Positions 39,810 through 48,703 of a stretch of 64,000 nt of DNA are shown piece after piece (the stretch's first letter is position 1; each line of letters opens with the position of its first letter). Source of the stretch: Ignavibacteriota bacterium. GTDB lineage: Bacteria; Bacteroidota; Ignavibacteria; UBA10030; UBA6906. The stretch lies in assembly GCA_963801355.1 (NCBI GenBank), contig CAWDEM010000008.1, positions 1,856,001 to 1,920,000 of the forward strand, written 5' to 3'. Under the pieces are notes generated by a model that was given only the letters and a program-made list of their open reading frames with translations, ran no database searches and was not told the origin of the DNA. Position numbers and translations under genes: made by a program.

Positions 39810-40979
39810 TCAAAGTTTGACCTCGAGCAGTCTCTTCGAACTTGCCCGGAGTTCCGTGAGTCCTGCAAGCAACACGACAATCGCAAGTATGTATGGCACG
39901 ACATGATTAATCTCGAAGAGCATTCCGGCAATAACCGGAGAAACCGCCATGCTGGCCGACATGATGGACGTCAGAATACCGATCGTCTCCCCACGCCGCA
40001 ATGGCCCCGCACCTCCGGCTACCTGACTCGTGACAACCACACGCAAAACCGCCTGTCCCGTTCCCAGTCCAAGCAGCCCCACGTAGAAGAGCGGAAGTAT
40101 CTCAACGGCAATGCAGACAAGCGCAACGACCAGAATCATCAGCATGATCTCCTGCAATCTGGCCTCATCGAACCTCTTCAACCAGAAGCGCTCCAGAAGA
40201 AACACCTGATTGACGACAACAACTACACCCACCACCGAAAATGCCATCCCCGCTGCGAAGGAACTGAACCCGAAGACATCTTTCACAAAAAGCGCGAACA
40301 CGGACTGCCCGATCACGAATGCAACGGCGAATGTCGTCCAGGTCACGTAGAGCGGACGCAATGGTTTGTCACGCCAGGCACGGATTAACGGCGACAACGG
40401 ATGAAAGTCGATCGCCTTCTCTTTGGAACGGTTGCGATTCGATTCCGGCAAGAAAAGAATCGCGCTCACTGCATTCAACGATGCCAGGATGCCTGCCACC
40501 CAGAACGGGAATACGTGCGAGACTTTGCTGAGCACGCCGCCCAAGATTGGCCCGAGGAGAAATCCGATCCCGAAGATAGCGCTCAAAATACCAAGATTTC
40601 TGGTCCTCTCCTTTTCATCCCTGGCAATGTCGACCATGTATCCCTGCGCGCTCGTGAAGTTGCCGGCTGCCGCACCATCGATAATGCGTCCCAGGAAGAG
40701 CATCCAGACCGATCTCGCGCTAGCGAATACGAACCAGCCGATCGCTGTGCTGATGATGCTCATAATGATCACCGGACGCCGGCCGATGCGATCAGAAAGT
40801 GCTCCAAGGAGTGGTGCGCTGATGAATGAGAAAACAGAGAACGACGCGAAGAGCAGCGTGACGACAGTGGGAGAGACCCCGAATTCCGTTGCGTAGAATG
40901 GCAGGATCGGAATGACAATCCCGAATCCCACAACGTCGACCAGAACAGTGAAAAATACGATATATGTTTCGCGTCGCAT
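39810..40979 (-). CDS. MFS transporter, TetA/DHA1-like
   Basis: DVVGFGIVIPILP, GALSDRIGRRPV motif A, GFLLGPILGG motif C. Confidence 0.9.
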   Translation of the reverse strand: MRRETYIVFFTVLVDVVGFGIVIPILPFYATEFGVSPTVVTLLFASFSVFSFISAPLLGALSDRIGRRPVIIMSIISTAIGWFVFASARSVWMLFLGRIIDGAAAGNFTSAQGYMVDIARDEKERTRNLGILSAIFGIGFLLGPILGGVLSKVSHVFPFWVAGILASLNAVSAILFLPESNRNRSKEKAIDFHPLSPLIRAWRDKPLRPLYVTWTTFAVAFVIGQSVFALFVKDVFGFSSFAAGMAFSVVGVVVVVNQVFLLERFWLKRFDEARLQEIMLMILVVALVCIAVEILPLFYVGLLGLGTGQAVLRVVVTSQVAGGAGPLRRGETIGILTSIMSASMAVSPVIAGMLFEINHVVPYILAIVVLLAGLTELRASSKRLLEVKL

Positions 40980-40985
40980 AAGGGG

Positions 40986-41651
40986 TCACTTCCCTCCCCT
41001 GCGATGGTGCAGTTGTACTGCAACCTGACTCAGCGGCACCTCCTCAAGCTCCATCATGACCAAAGCGTGATACAGCAGGTCCGCCACCTCCCACGCAATC
41101 TCGTCCTTACTGTGGTTCTTTGCTGCAATGATTACTTCCCCTGCCTCCTCGCCAACCTTTTTCAGGATTCGATCAATCCCACCGTCAAGCATCCTGACGG
41201 TATACGACCCCTCCGGGCGGTTCACCCTCCGGCTGTGAATCACACGGGCCACCTCCCCAAGGATCTCGCCCAGGGCGCCCCTATCTGTCTCTTCGACCAG
41301 AGACTTCTTCGCATCTCCTCCGATCGGCTCAGGCATCGTGCGATTCAGGTCGAAACAGGAGTATGTTCCGGTGTGGCATGCCACCCCCCTCTGCCGCACA
41401 CGTATAAGGAGCGCATCTCCGTCACAGTCCTGCCGGATCGCCACTACGGTCTGTGTGTTTCCGGAGGTCTCCCCTTTGTGCCATAATCTTTGCCTGCTCC
41501 TACTCCAAAAATACGTCTCGCCTGTTTCCAATGTCCGCTTCAGGCTCTCGCTGTTCATGTAAGCAAGCGTGAGCACCTCCCCGCTCTCTGCATCCTGTAC
41601 AATCGCAGGAATCAGACCCCGTTCGTCAAATCGCAGCTGGTCGTGATTCAT
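40986..41651 (-). CDS. hisIE: Bifunctional phosphoribosyl-AMP cyclohydrolase/ATP pyrophosphatase
   Basis: [42 protein letters not shown]. Confidence 0.95.
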   Translation of the reverse strand: MNHDQLRFDERGLIPAIVQDAESGEVLTLAYMNSESLKRTLETGETYFWSRSRQRLWHKGETSGNTQTVVAIRQDCDGDALLIRVRQRGVACHTGTYSCFDLNRTMPEPIGGDAKKSLVEETDRGALGEILGEVARVIHSRRVNRPEGSYTVRMLDGGIDRILKKVGEEAGEVIIAAKNHSKDEIAWEVADLLYHALVMMELEEVPLSQVAVQLHHRRGGK

Positions 41652-42406
41652 CGTACCGGTACTCCCTTGTTTCTCAGGTATTCTTTGAGTTGTCCGATGC
41701 TCATTTCACGTGTATGAAAAAGGGAAGCAGCCAGTACCGCACTGGCTCCACCGGCCGTCAGAGCCTCGGCGAAATGCTCCAGTACCCCCGCACCTCCCGA
41801 GGCAATCACCGGAATGGAGACCACCGAGGTCACCGCCCGCAGCAAATCAATATCATACCCCACCTGCGTTCCGTCACGATCCATGCTCGTCAGGAGAATT
41901 TCGCCTGCCCCCCGCTGCTCGACTTCCCTGGCCCAGAGAAGTGCATCCCGGCCCGTCGCTTTGCGACCTCCGTAGATGAACACCTCCCACCCCTCCCCCT
42001 CCTGCTTCCGACGTGCATCGATCGCCGCGACGACACATTGTGTTCCAAACCGCTCTGCAGCTTCCGTCAGGACCTCCGGCCGCTGTACCGCGGCGGTATT
42101 CAAGCTGACCCTGTCCGCCCCTGCATTCAGCAGATGACGAACATCATCCGCAGTACGCACTCCACCACCCACAGTCAAGGGTATGAAAATGCTGTCAGCA
42201 ACGGACTCGATGACGTGGATAAGCGCTTTGCGTTCTTCATGCGAAGCGGTGATATCGAGAATCACCAGTTCGTCCGCACCTTCATCATTGTAAAACCGGG
42301 CGTGGACAGATGGATCGCCCATCTCGCGGATGTCAACGAAATTCACGCCTTTGACGACCTTGCCGTCACGAACGTCAAGACAGGGGAGTATGCGTTTGCG
42401 TAACAT
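41648..42406 (-). CDS. hisF: Imidazole glycerol phosphate synthase cyclase subunit
   Basis: [33 protein letters not shown]. Confidence 0.97.
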   Translation of the reverse strand: MLRKRILPCLDVRDGKVVKGVNFVDIREMGDPSVHARFYNDEGADELVILDITASHEERKALIHVIESVADSIFIPLTVGGGVRTADDVRHLLNAGADRVSLNTAAVQRPEVLTEAAERFGTQCVVAAIDARRKQEGEGWEVFIYGGRKATGRDALLWAREVEQRGAGEILLTSMDRDGTQVGYDIDLLRAVTSVVSIPVIASGGAGVLEHFAEALTAGGASAVLAASLFHTREMSIGQLKEYLRNKGVPVR

Positions 42407-42507
42407 GGGGTGAGGTGCTTGATTTCAGGTCTAGTTTCCCGCCGGCTCGGGCTCAGGATTACAGGTCAAGGGTTAAGTGTCATATATCAAGGGACACGGG
42501 TACGGGG

Positions 42508-43233
42508 TTACGAGTTAAGGGACGCGATCAGCGTGCGAAGGTCAATCGCTTCTTCGTACAGCGCGCGGCCGATGATGACACCCGTGATGTGCCTCTGGTT
42601 CAGGCCGATAATATTCACGACATCCGCCGCGCACGAGATGCCGCCGGAAGCAATGATATCCATGCCAATCGTGCCCAGGTCTTTCAGCGTTTTGAGGTCG
42701 GGGCCGGTCATCATGCCGTCACGGGCGACATCCGTCTGCAAAACCTCCCGCACGCCAAGGTCGTCTAATCGCACGGCAACGTCCATCACATCCATGTCGG
42801 TCACATGCGTCCAGCCATGCGTGGTCACCTTACCGTCCACCGTATCCAGAGCAATAATGCAACGTTCGGGTCCTGTCTCCTCAAGAATTCCGGGCAAGGC
42901 TGCAAAATCCTGCAGGGCAAAGGTGCCAAGGACCACTTTTGCTGCGCCGGCATCAAAGGCCTCCCGGATCGCCTCACTCGAGCGCAGCCCGCCGCCGAAT
43001 TGCACAGCCACGCCTGTCTTTTCCACTATCCCCCGGAGAATATCGAGATTCCCGGATGAGCGCCCGAATGCCCCGTCGAGATTCACAACGTGAAGCTTCC
43101 GCGCTCCCTCGGAAACCCAGCGTATCGCCACGGCGATGGGATCCGCTGAATACTCCGTGACGGCATCGTCCCTCCCCTGCCGGAGCCTGACACATTTGCT
43201 CATCTTCAGATCGATGGCGGGTATGATGTCCAT
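42508..43233 (-). CDS. hisA: ProFAR isomerase
   Basis: IIPAIDL...CVRLRQG, LHVVNLDGA, GGGLRS, TDVARDG. Confidence 0.96.
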   Translation of the reverse strand: MDIIPAIDLKMSKCVRLRQGRDDAVTEYSADPIAVAIRWVSEGARKLHVVNLDGAFGRSSGNLDILRGIVEKTGVAVQFGGGLRSSEAIREAFDAGAAKVVLGTFALQDFAALPGILEETGPERCIIALDTVDGKVTTHGWTHVTDMDVMDVAVRLDDLGVREVLQTDVARDGMMTGPDLKTLKDLGTIGMDIIASGGISCAADVVNIIGLNQRHITGVIIGRALYEEAIDLRTLIASLNS

Positions 43234-43275
43234 GGCTGACTTTCGTGCGCGACCCGGGAGAGTGCGCGCGCGTTC

Positions 43276-43863
43276 TTATGTTCCGCAGAACGACCTCAAG
43301 AGATCCAGGCCTGCATTCTGCGATTTTTCGGGATGAAACTGCACACCGTATACGTTTGCCTTCTGAACAGCCGCCGAGAAGGTAATGCCGTATTCGGTCG
43401 TGGCTACGGTCCACTCACTCGCCGGAGCGTAGTATGAGTGCACGAAGTAAAAGACCCCGGTACCATCGGGGAACAATCGGGATGATTTTGTTGGGATGAC
43501 GTCGTTCCAGCCAATCTGGGGAACGTGCAGTTCATGCGAAAACCGTTTCACCGTTCCCTCGAAAATTCCCAATCCCTGAGCGCCGGGCGATTCCTCGCTC
43601 TCTTCGAACAGCAACTGCATCCCCAGACAGATTCCCAGGAGGGGACGCCCCTGCGTTGCGTAGTGCAGCAGCGGTTCGCGGAGGCCAAGGGCATCGATCC
43701 GCTTGACCGCCTCGCCAAATGCGCCGACGCCGGGAAGGACCAGAGTTCCCGCACCGTCAATCGCAGCTGCAGAGGGCGTAATCAGCACTTCCTCACCCAG
43801 CGATTCGAAAGCCCGCCGGACATTTCTGAGATTGCCCATGCCGTAGTCAACGACGGCAATCAT
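43276..43863 (-). CDS. hisH: IGP synthase glutamine amidotransferase subunit
   Basis: VDYGMGNL, LPGVGAF, GICLGMQ, YFVHSY, QFHPEKS. Confidence 0.97.
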   Translation of the reverse strand: MIAVVDYGMGNLRNVRRAFESLGEEVLITPSAAAIDGAGTLVLPGVGAFGEAVKRIDALGLREPLLHYATQGRPLLGICLGMQLLFEESEESPGAQGLGIFEGTVKRFSHELHVPQIGWNDVIPTKSSRLFPDGTGVFYFVHSYYAPASEWTVATTEYGITFSAAVQKANVYGVQFHPEKSQNAGLDLLRSFCGT

Positions 43864-44444
43864 AGCACACCTTTCGTCGAAGGGATCCCGTCACCACCGG
43901 TGGTGCGCACGGCTTCTCTCAACGCCCGGCCGAATGATTTGAACACTGCCTCCAACTGGTGATGAGCGTTGGTGCCGTACAGGAGCGCAACATGCAGGTT
44001 CATTTTTGCCTCGTTTGCCACCGCCTGAAAGAACTCCCGGGTCATTTCCGTCGGAAAGCCATTGATCATTTCGCGCGAGAACGTGGCAAGAAATGCGAGG
44101 TGAGGCCGTCCGCTGAGATCGATCACCGTGCGCGCAAGGGCGTCATCCATGGTGACAAAACCCGCACCGAAGCGTTCGATACCCCGTTTATCGCCGAGGG
44201 CCTCGTTGAGTGCGCGGCCGAAGGCCAATCCCACGTCTTCGATGAGATGGTGCTCATCGACATGAAGGTCACCTTGTGCTGCAATCGTCAGGTCCACGCG
44301 GCCGTGCTTACCTATATGCGCGAGCATATGATCGAAGAAACCCAACCCTGTGGCAATTGCTGTTGCGCCCGACCCGTCCAGTTCCATCGTGAGGCTGATG
44401 CGGGTTTCGGCTGTGGTGCGCTGCACACTGGCGGAGCGGCTCAT
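43860..44444 (-). CDS. hisB: Imidazoleglycerol-phosphate dehydratase
   Basis: GFFDHML, DEHHLIED, MDDAL, NAHHQLEAVFK. Confidence 0.97.
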   Translation of the reverse strand: MSRSASVQRTTAETRISLTMELDGSGATAIATGLGFFDHMLAHIGKHGRVDLTIAAQGDLHVDEHHLIEDVGLAFGRALNEALGDKRGIERFGAGFVTMDDALARTVIDLSGRPHLAFLATFSREMINGFPTEMTREFFQAVANEAKMNLHVALLYGTNAHHQLEAVFKSFGRALREAVRTTGGDGIPSTKGVL

Positions 44445-45499
44445 AATGCCTCCCGGATCGCTTGTAAGAACGCCGTATTTTCCTCCGGGGTTCCGGTGGT
44501 GACGCGCAAGCCCCGCCCAAGCATCGGATACGACGACACATCGCGAATGAGAATTTCCTTCTTGAGGAGCGACGCGAACACGTCGGCCGGTTTCCGGTTG
44601 AGGGATTCAAACAGGAGGAAGTTGGCAGACGACGGGTAGACCCTGCAATTCCGCAGTCTCATCAGCCCGGCCCTCACACGCTCGCGTTCATCGACGAGTG
44701 CTGCAATCCATCCCTTGACCTGGTCCCACCGTTCCAGAAGCACTTCAGCGGCGACAAGCGTGAAGATGTTCACGCTGTAGGGTAATTTGATCTTGTTGAG
44801 CTGGCGCGCAATATCCACCGGGGCGAGTGCATAGCCGAACCGGAGCCCCGCCGCACCCATGGCTTTTGAGAATGTCTGGAGAATGATCAACCGGTCGTAG
44901 CGCATCAACAGATGCCGGAGCGAGCCGGAGGCGAAGTGAATGTAGGCTTCATCGAGTATCACCAGGCTCTCGGTCTCTTCGATGATACGCACGACGTCCG
45001 ATTCGGACATCAGTGTCCCTGTGGGGTTGTTCGGCGAGCAAATCACAACCAGACGCGCCTCTGTTCGCCGGGCCGCGGCAATGATGCCGTCCACGCTAAA
45101 GGAAAAATCGGGCGTCATCATAACTTCCACGACATCCGCCCCCAGGCCACGCGCGAGAATCTTGTAAAGCGTGAATGTCGGTTGACTGATAACCAGTGTC
45201 TGATTCCGTTCGAGCACCGACATGAAAATGAGCTGCAAGAGATCGTTGGATCCGTTTCCCAGGAGCGTCCCATCCGGAACCCAGCCGGCGTAGGACGCGA
45301 TTGCCTCGATCTGCCGTTGAGGGACAAAAGCCGGATAGCGCGACCATTGCATTGCGCCGACTCGTTCAAGGATCTCCTCCTTGATCTCTGGCGGGAGCTC
45401 GAAAGGGTTCTCATTCTGATTCAGCTTGATCCTGTGCGGAAACTGCTTCAGCGTGTACTCGTCGAGCGAGAGAATTTCGGGCCTGATGAGCTCTCCCAT
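44441..45499 (-). CDS. hisC: Histidinol-phosphate aminotransferase
   Basis: KLNQNENP, PNNPTG, DEAY, TFSKA.G.AGLR; ATG coupled to the hisD stop. Confidence 0.95.
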   Translation of the reverse strand: MGELIRPEILSLDEYTLKQFPHRIKLNQNENPFELPPEIKEEILERVGAMQWSRYPAFVPQRQIEAIASYAGWVPDGTLLGNGSNDLLQLIFMSVLERNQTLVISQPTFTLYKILARGLGADVVEVMMTPDFSFSVDGIIAAARRTEARLVVICSPNNPTGTLMSESDVVRIIEETESLVILDEAYIHFASGSLRHLLMRYDRLIILQTFSKAMGAAGLRFGYALAPVDIARQLNKIKLPYSVNIFTLVAAEVLLERWDQVKGWIAALVDERERVRAGLMRLRNCRVYPSSANFLLFESLNRKPADVFASLLKKEILIRDVSSYPMLGRGLRVTTGTPEENTAFLQAIREAL

Positions 45500-46782
45500 C
45501 ACTGTCCTCTCCGGATGCGGACCGACGCTGCATGCCCCGCAAGCCCCTCGATGCCGGCCAGCACCTCGATGTGCGGCGCCAATTCCAGAAACCGCCGTTT
45601 CGTACACTGAATGATGTTGGTGAACTTAACAAAATCGTAGACGCTGAGTGCGGAACTGAACCGGGCTGTCCCCGACGTGGGCAGCGTGTGGTTGGGTCCC
45701 GCAAGGTAATCCCCCAGGGCTTCCGTCGACCACTCACCCACGAATATTGCACCTGCGTGTGTGATCCGCCGGACTATGTGCGAGGGGTTTCGCACAAGCA
45801 CCTCCAGGTGCTCGGGAGAAAATGCATTCGCCATTTCGATGGCCGCATCCATACTCTTGACGACAATGATGCAGCCGTTACGCTCGAAGGCCGGTCCTGC
45901 AATCGCCTTGCGCGGCGCGTCCAGAAGCTGCCGGTCGACTTCGGCTGACACGCGTCCGGCTAACGATGCCGAGGTGGTAATGCATACCGGGGAGGCAAGT
46001 TCGTCATGCTCCGCCTGTGCGATAAGGTCCGCAGCGATGAATGCAGGGTTCGCGGCCTCGTCGGCAATGACGACGACTTCCGTGGGGCCTGCGATCATGT
46101 CAATCCCGACAGTTCCGAATACCAATTGCTTGGCAGCGGCGACATAAGCGTTTCCAGGACCGGTGATCTTGTCCACGGACGCAATGGTCTGTGTGCCATA
46201 GGCAAACGCCCCGATCGCCTGAGCCCCGCCGATCCGGTAGACCTCCCCGACTCCGCATTCGTGGGCGGCAACAAGCACCTCGGGGAGAATCCTTCCCCCG
46301 GCGTCGCAGGGAGTGGCCATGACAATTTCGCCGACCCCTGCTATCCGGGCGGGCAGGGCATTCATGAGGACGGTCGAGGGATAGGCAGCCTTGCCACCGG
46401 GCACGTAGATACCCACGCGGGCGAGCGGAGAAAACCTCTGCTGCAGCCGCATACCATTCCGCCTTAATGTCCACGAACGCGGAAGCTGGCGCCTGTGGAA
46501 GCGGGTGATATTGGCAATGGCCTCCCGGAGGGCTCTCCGGTATCGGAGATCCACCTGCTCGTATGCGGAAGCAATTTCGGCTCCGGAAACCCTCAGGCCT
46601 ATCGAGTCGATGACCGGACAGTGCAGTGCGCGCGTGTACTCCAGGACCGCAGAATCTCCGCGCGCGCGGACGGCGTCCAGGATAGTACGGACACGATCAA
46701 GAATGGTGGAATCGGTTTCGCGTCCCCGGGAGATGCGCGCTTGCACCTCCTGGGGGTTTGCGGAATACTCAATGATTCGCAT
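45499..46782 (-). CDS. hisD: Histidinol dehydrogenase
   Basis: GIYVPGGKAAYPS, GGAQAI, GPGNAYV, IAGPTE, QAEHD, PEHLE, GDY.AGPNHTLPT. Confidence 0.97.
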   Translation of the reverse strand: MRIIEYSANPQEVQARISRGRETDSTILDRVRTILDAVRARGDSAVLEYTRALHCPVIDSIGLRVSGAEIASAYEQVDLRYRRALREAIANITRFHRRQLPRSWTLRRNGMRLQQRFSPLARVGIYVPGGKAAYPSTVLMNALPARIAGVGEIVMATPCDAGGRILPEVLVAAHECGVGEVYRIGGAQAIGAFAYGTQTIASVDKITGPGNAYVAAAKQLVFGTVGIDMIAGPTEVVVIADEAANPAFIAADLIAQAEHDELASPVCITTSASLAGRVSAEVDRQLLDAPRKAIAGPAFERNGCIIVVKSMDAAIEMANAFSPEHLEVLVRNPSHIVRRITHAGAIFVGEWSTEALGDYLAGPNHTLPTSGTARFSSALSVYDFVKFTNIIQCTKRRFLELAPHIEVLAGIEGLAGHAASVRIRRGQ

Positions 46783-47401
46783 AGATCACTCCGTCCAGAT
46801 CTGTCAGCAAACGCTGCACAGCCTCACGCTTTGTCTTCATGACCGTCCGGTTCACAATGAGTTTCGCACTCACCTGGGCCACCTCTTGCGTCACAATCAA
46901 GCCGTTTTCTTTCAACGTGCGGCCGGTTTCAACAAGGTCCACAATCGCATCGGCGAGGCCGAGCTGCGGGGCGATCTCCACGGATCCTTCCAATTTGACG
47001 ATGTGGACGTGGTCATTATGCTCTGCAAAGAACCGGGCGGCCGTTCGCGGATACTTTGTGGCGATCTTCCATTGCCCCCCATCCGTGAGCGGACGGTCGA
47101 GAGGGACGGCGACAACCAACCGGCAGAGGCCGATCCGCAAATCCAGCGGTTCATAGACATCCGGCTCGCACTCTCTGAGCACATCGCTGCCGACAACCCC
47201 CACATCGGCCGCACCCGATTCTACATAGGTCGGCACATCCGCAGGTTTCAATGACACGAATGCGAATCGATTGTCACAATCCGGGAAAGTAAGGCGTCTT
47301 GAGACCCTGGAAAGATCGATACGGATCCCGGCGCGGCCGATGAGGTCCATCAGCGCATCCTGCAAGCGTCCCTTTGGCAGGGCGAAGAGCAGTGTATCCA
47401 T
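46769..47401 (-). CDS. hisG: ATP phosphoribosyltransferase (short form)
   Basis: ALPKGRL, IATKYP, GSVEIAP..GLADAIVDLVETGRTL; 210 aa. Confidence 0.96.
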   Translation of the reverse strand: MDTLLFALPKGRLQDALMDLIGRAGIRIDLSRVSRRLTFPDCDNRFAFVSLKPADVPTYVESGAADVGVVGSDVLRECEPDVYEPLDLRIGLCRLVVAVPLDRPLTDGGQWKIATKYPRTAARFFAEHNDHVHIVKLEGSVEIAPQLGLADAIVDLVETGRTLKENGLIVTQEVAQVSAKLIVNRTVMKTKREAVQRLLTDLDGVIYANH

Positions 47402-48366
47402 TAGAGCGCTCCCGGTACGGCATCCATGGCAAGGGAGAATCCCACGGCGGGAAGGTCGACGCCGAATTCGCGTACGAGCGAGTCATAGCGGCCGCCGTTC
47501 CCCAGTTCCCTGTGTGCCCTGGCGCTGAAGAAGGTGAACATGATTCCGGTATAGTACTCCATCTCATCGATCTCCGTGAGGTCGTACACTATCCTGTCGG
47601 CCCACCGGGCGAGGGACCTGCCCAGGGAGCGCAAATGTGCGATCGCCGCCTGTGCATCGGATTGTGTCAACGCACCTTCAGCGACATCGAGGACGGACGC
47701 ATCGCCGATGCACCTCGCCAGAAGTTGCAGTTGATGCTCCGTTTCGGGTGCAGCTCCGATGTTCCGCAACTGATCCGCCAGGCCGCGGGCGTCCTTGTGA
47801 TCGATGAATGTCCTCACCCTTTCCCGGGCGGAGTCATCAAGCTGAAGCGTCGCAATCACACCCCGGAACACGTTTGCGTGATTAAGATGGATGCGCACGT
47901 CGGAGCACCCCAGCCTTTCCAGACACCGCATCGCGAGATCGATCACCTCGGCATCGCTGGATAGTCCGTTCGCTCCGATCAATTCGGCGCCGACCTGCCA
48001 TACTTCACTGTAATCTCCCCGCTTGGAGTCGGGCCGGCGGAACACATCGCCGCTGTACCAGAACCGGAGCGAACCAGTCGAGGTCCGAAGCCGGGATGAG
48101 ACGATGCGGGCGACCGCGGGCGTGAAATCTGCCCGGAGCGCAAGGAGGTGGTCTTCGCGATCGAGAAACTTGAATGCCCGTTCCCCGATGCTCTGATTGC
48201 CGCGCGTGTATGTATCAAGAAACTCAATCGTTGAAGGTCGGATTTCACCGTAGCCGGCCTTCGAGAACTCCGCTGCGAGGAGCGATTCTGCTGCCCGCCG
48301 TCGATCGGCTTCTTCGAAAAGCAGATCACGAAATCCGGAAGGAAGAGCAAGTAGTGATCGAGCCAT
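47401..48366 (-). CDS. hisZ: ATP phosphoribosyltransferase regulatory subunit
   Basis: HisRS-like LPSGFRD, LALRADFT, QVGAELIG, YYTG, GGRYD; directly upstream of short hisG. Confidence 0.92.
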   Translation of the reverse strand: MARSLLALPSGFRDLLFEEADRRRAAESLLAAEFSKAGYGEIRPSTIEFLDTYTRGNQSIGERAFKFLDREDHLLALRADFTPAVARIVSSRLRTSTGSLRFWYSGDVFRRPDSKRGDYSEVWQVGAELIGANGLSSDAEVIDLAMRCLERLGCSDVRIHLNHANVFRGVIATLQLDDSARERVRTFIDHKDARGLADQLRNIGAAPETEHQLQLLARCIGDASVLDVAEGALTQSDAQAAIAHLRSLGRSLARWADRIVYDLTEIDEMEYYTGIMFTFFSARAHRELGNGGRYDSLVREFGVDLPAVGFSLAMDAVPGAL

Positions 48367-48441
48367 ATGGCGACTAAACTCCGTCAAGGAACAAAGAGAA
48401 TAGGCATGTGTTGTCTGCGCCAGAACTACGTTATGCACCGC

Positions 48442-48483
48442 AAAAAGCAGAAAACCCCTCTTGGGGTTCCAAGAAGGGCTTTC
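48442..48483 (-). terminator. Attenuator terminator of the his operon
   Basis: aaagcccttcttgg-aacc-ccaagaggggtttt hairpin followed by a U-rich tract, downstream of the leader peptide. Confidence 0.8.
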
Positions 48484-48511
48484 GGAAATCTCTCACCGTA
48501 GACCGGTTCTC

Positions 48512-48589
48512 TCAACCACCAAGAGTCAGGCGCCCCGCGCAATGGCGGCGATGGTGATGATTCAGAACCGTATTTACTGTGTTTTTCAT
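48512..48589 (-). CDS. hisL: his operon leader peptide MKNTVNTVLNHHHRRHCAGRLTLGG
   Basis: 25-aa ORF with 4 His in 6 codons, between promoter and terminator upstream of hisZ. Confidence 0.85.
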   Translation of the reverse strand: MKNTVNTVLNHHHRRHCAGRLTLGG

Positions 48590-48597
48590 GACTTTTT

Positions 48598-48626
48598 AGT
48601 ATACAAAATGCACTTAAAAGAGTCAA
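48598..48626 (-). promoter_or_regulatory. his operon promoter
   Basis: TTGACT, 17 bp, TATACT. Confidence 0.8.
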
Positions 48627-48652
48627 TATATGAGGAAGCCTGACTTCAAAGT

Positions 48653-48694
48653 CTGGCTTTAAAGTCTGAGTTTTTCCTCAGACTTTAAAGCCAG
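48653..48694. terminator. Perfect 18-bp inverted repeat after the TonB receptor gene
   Basis: ctggctttaaagtctgag-tttttc-ctcagactttaaagccag. Confidence 0.65.
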
Positions 48695-48703
48695 GGCTTT
48701 TTC

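Noticed and set aside
42410-42510. Degenerate heptamer-like runs between hisA and hisF (similar pattern near 57680-57705)
   Set aside because: Low-complexity and irregular, with no ORF or spacers
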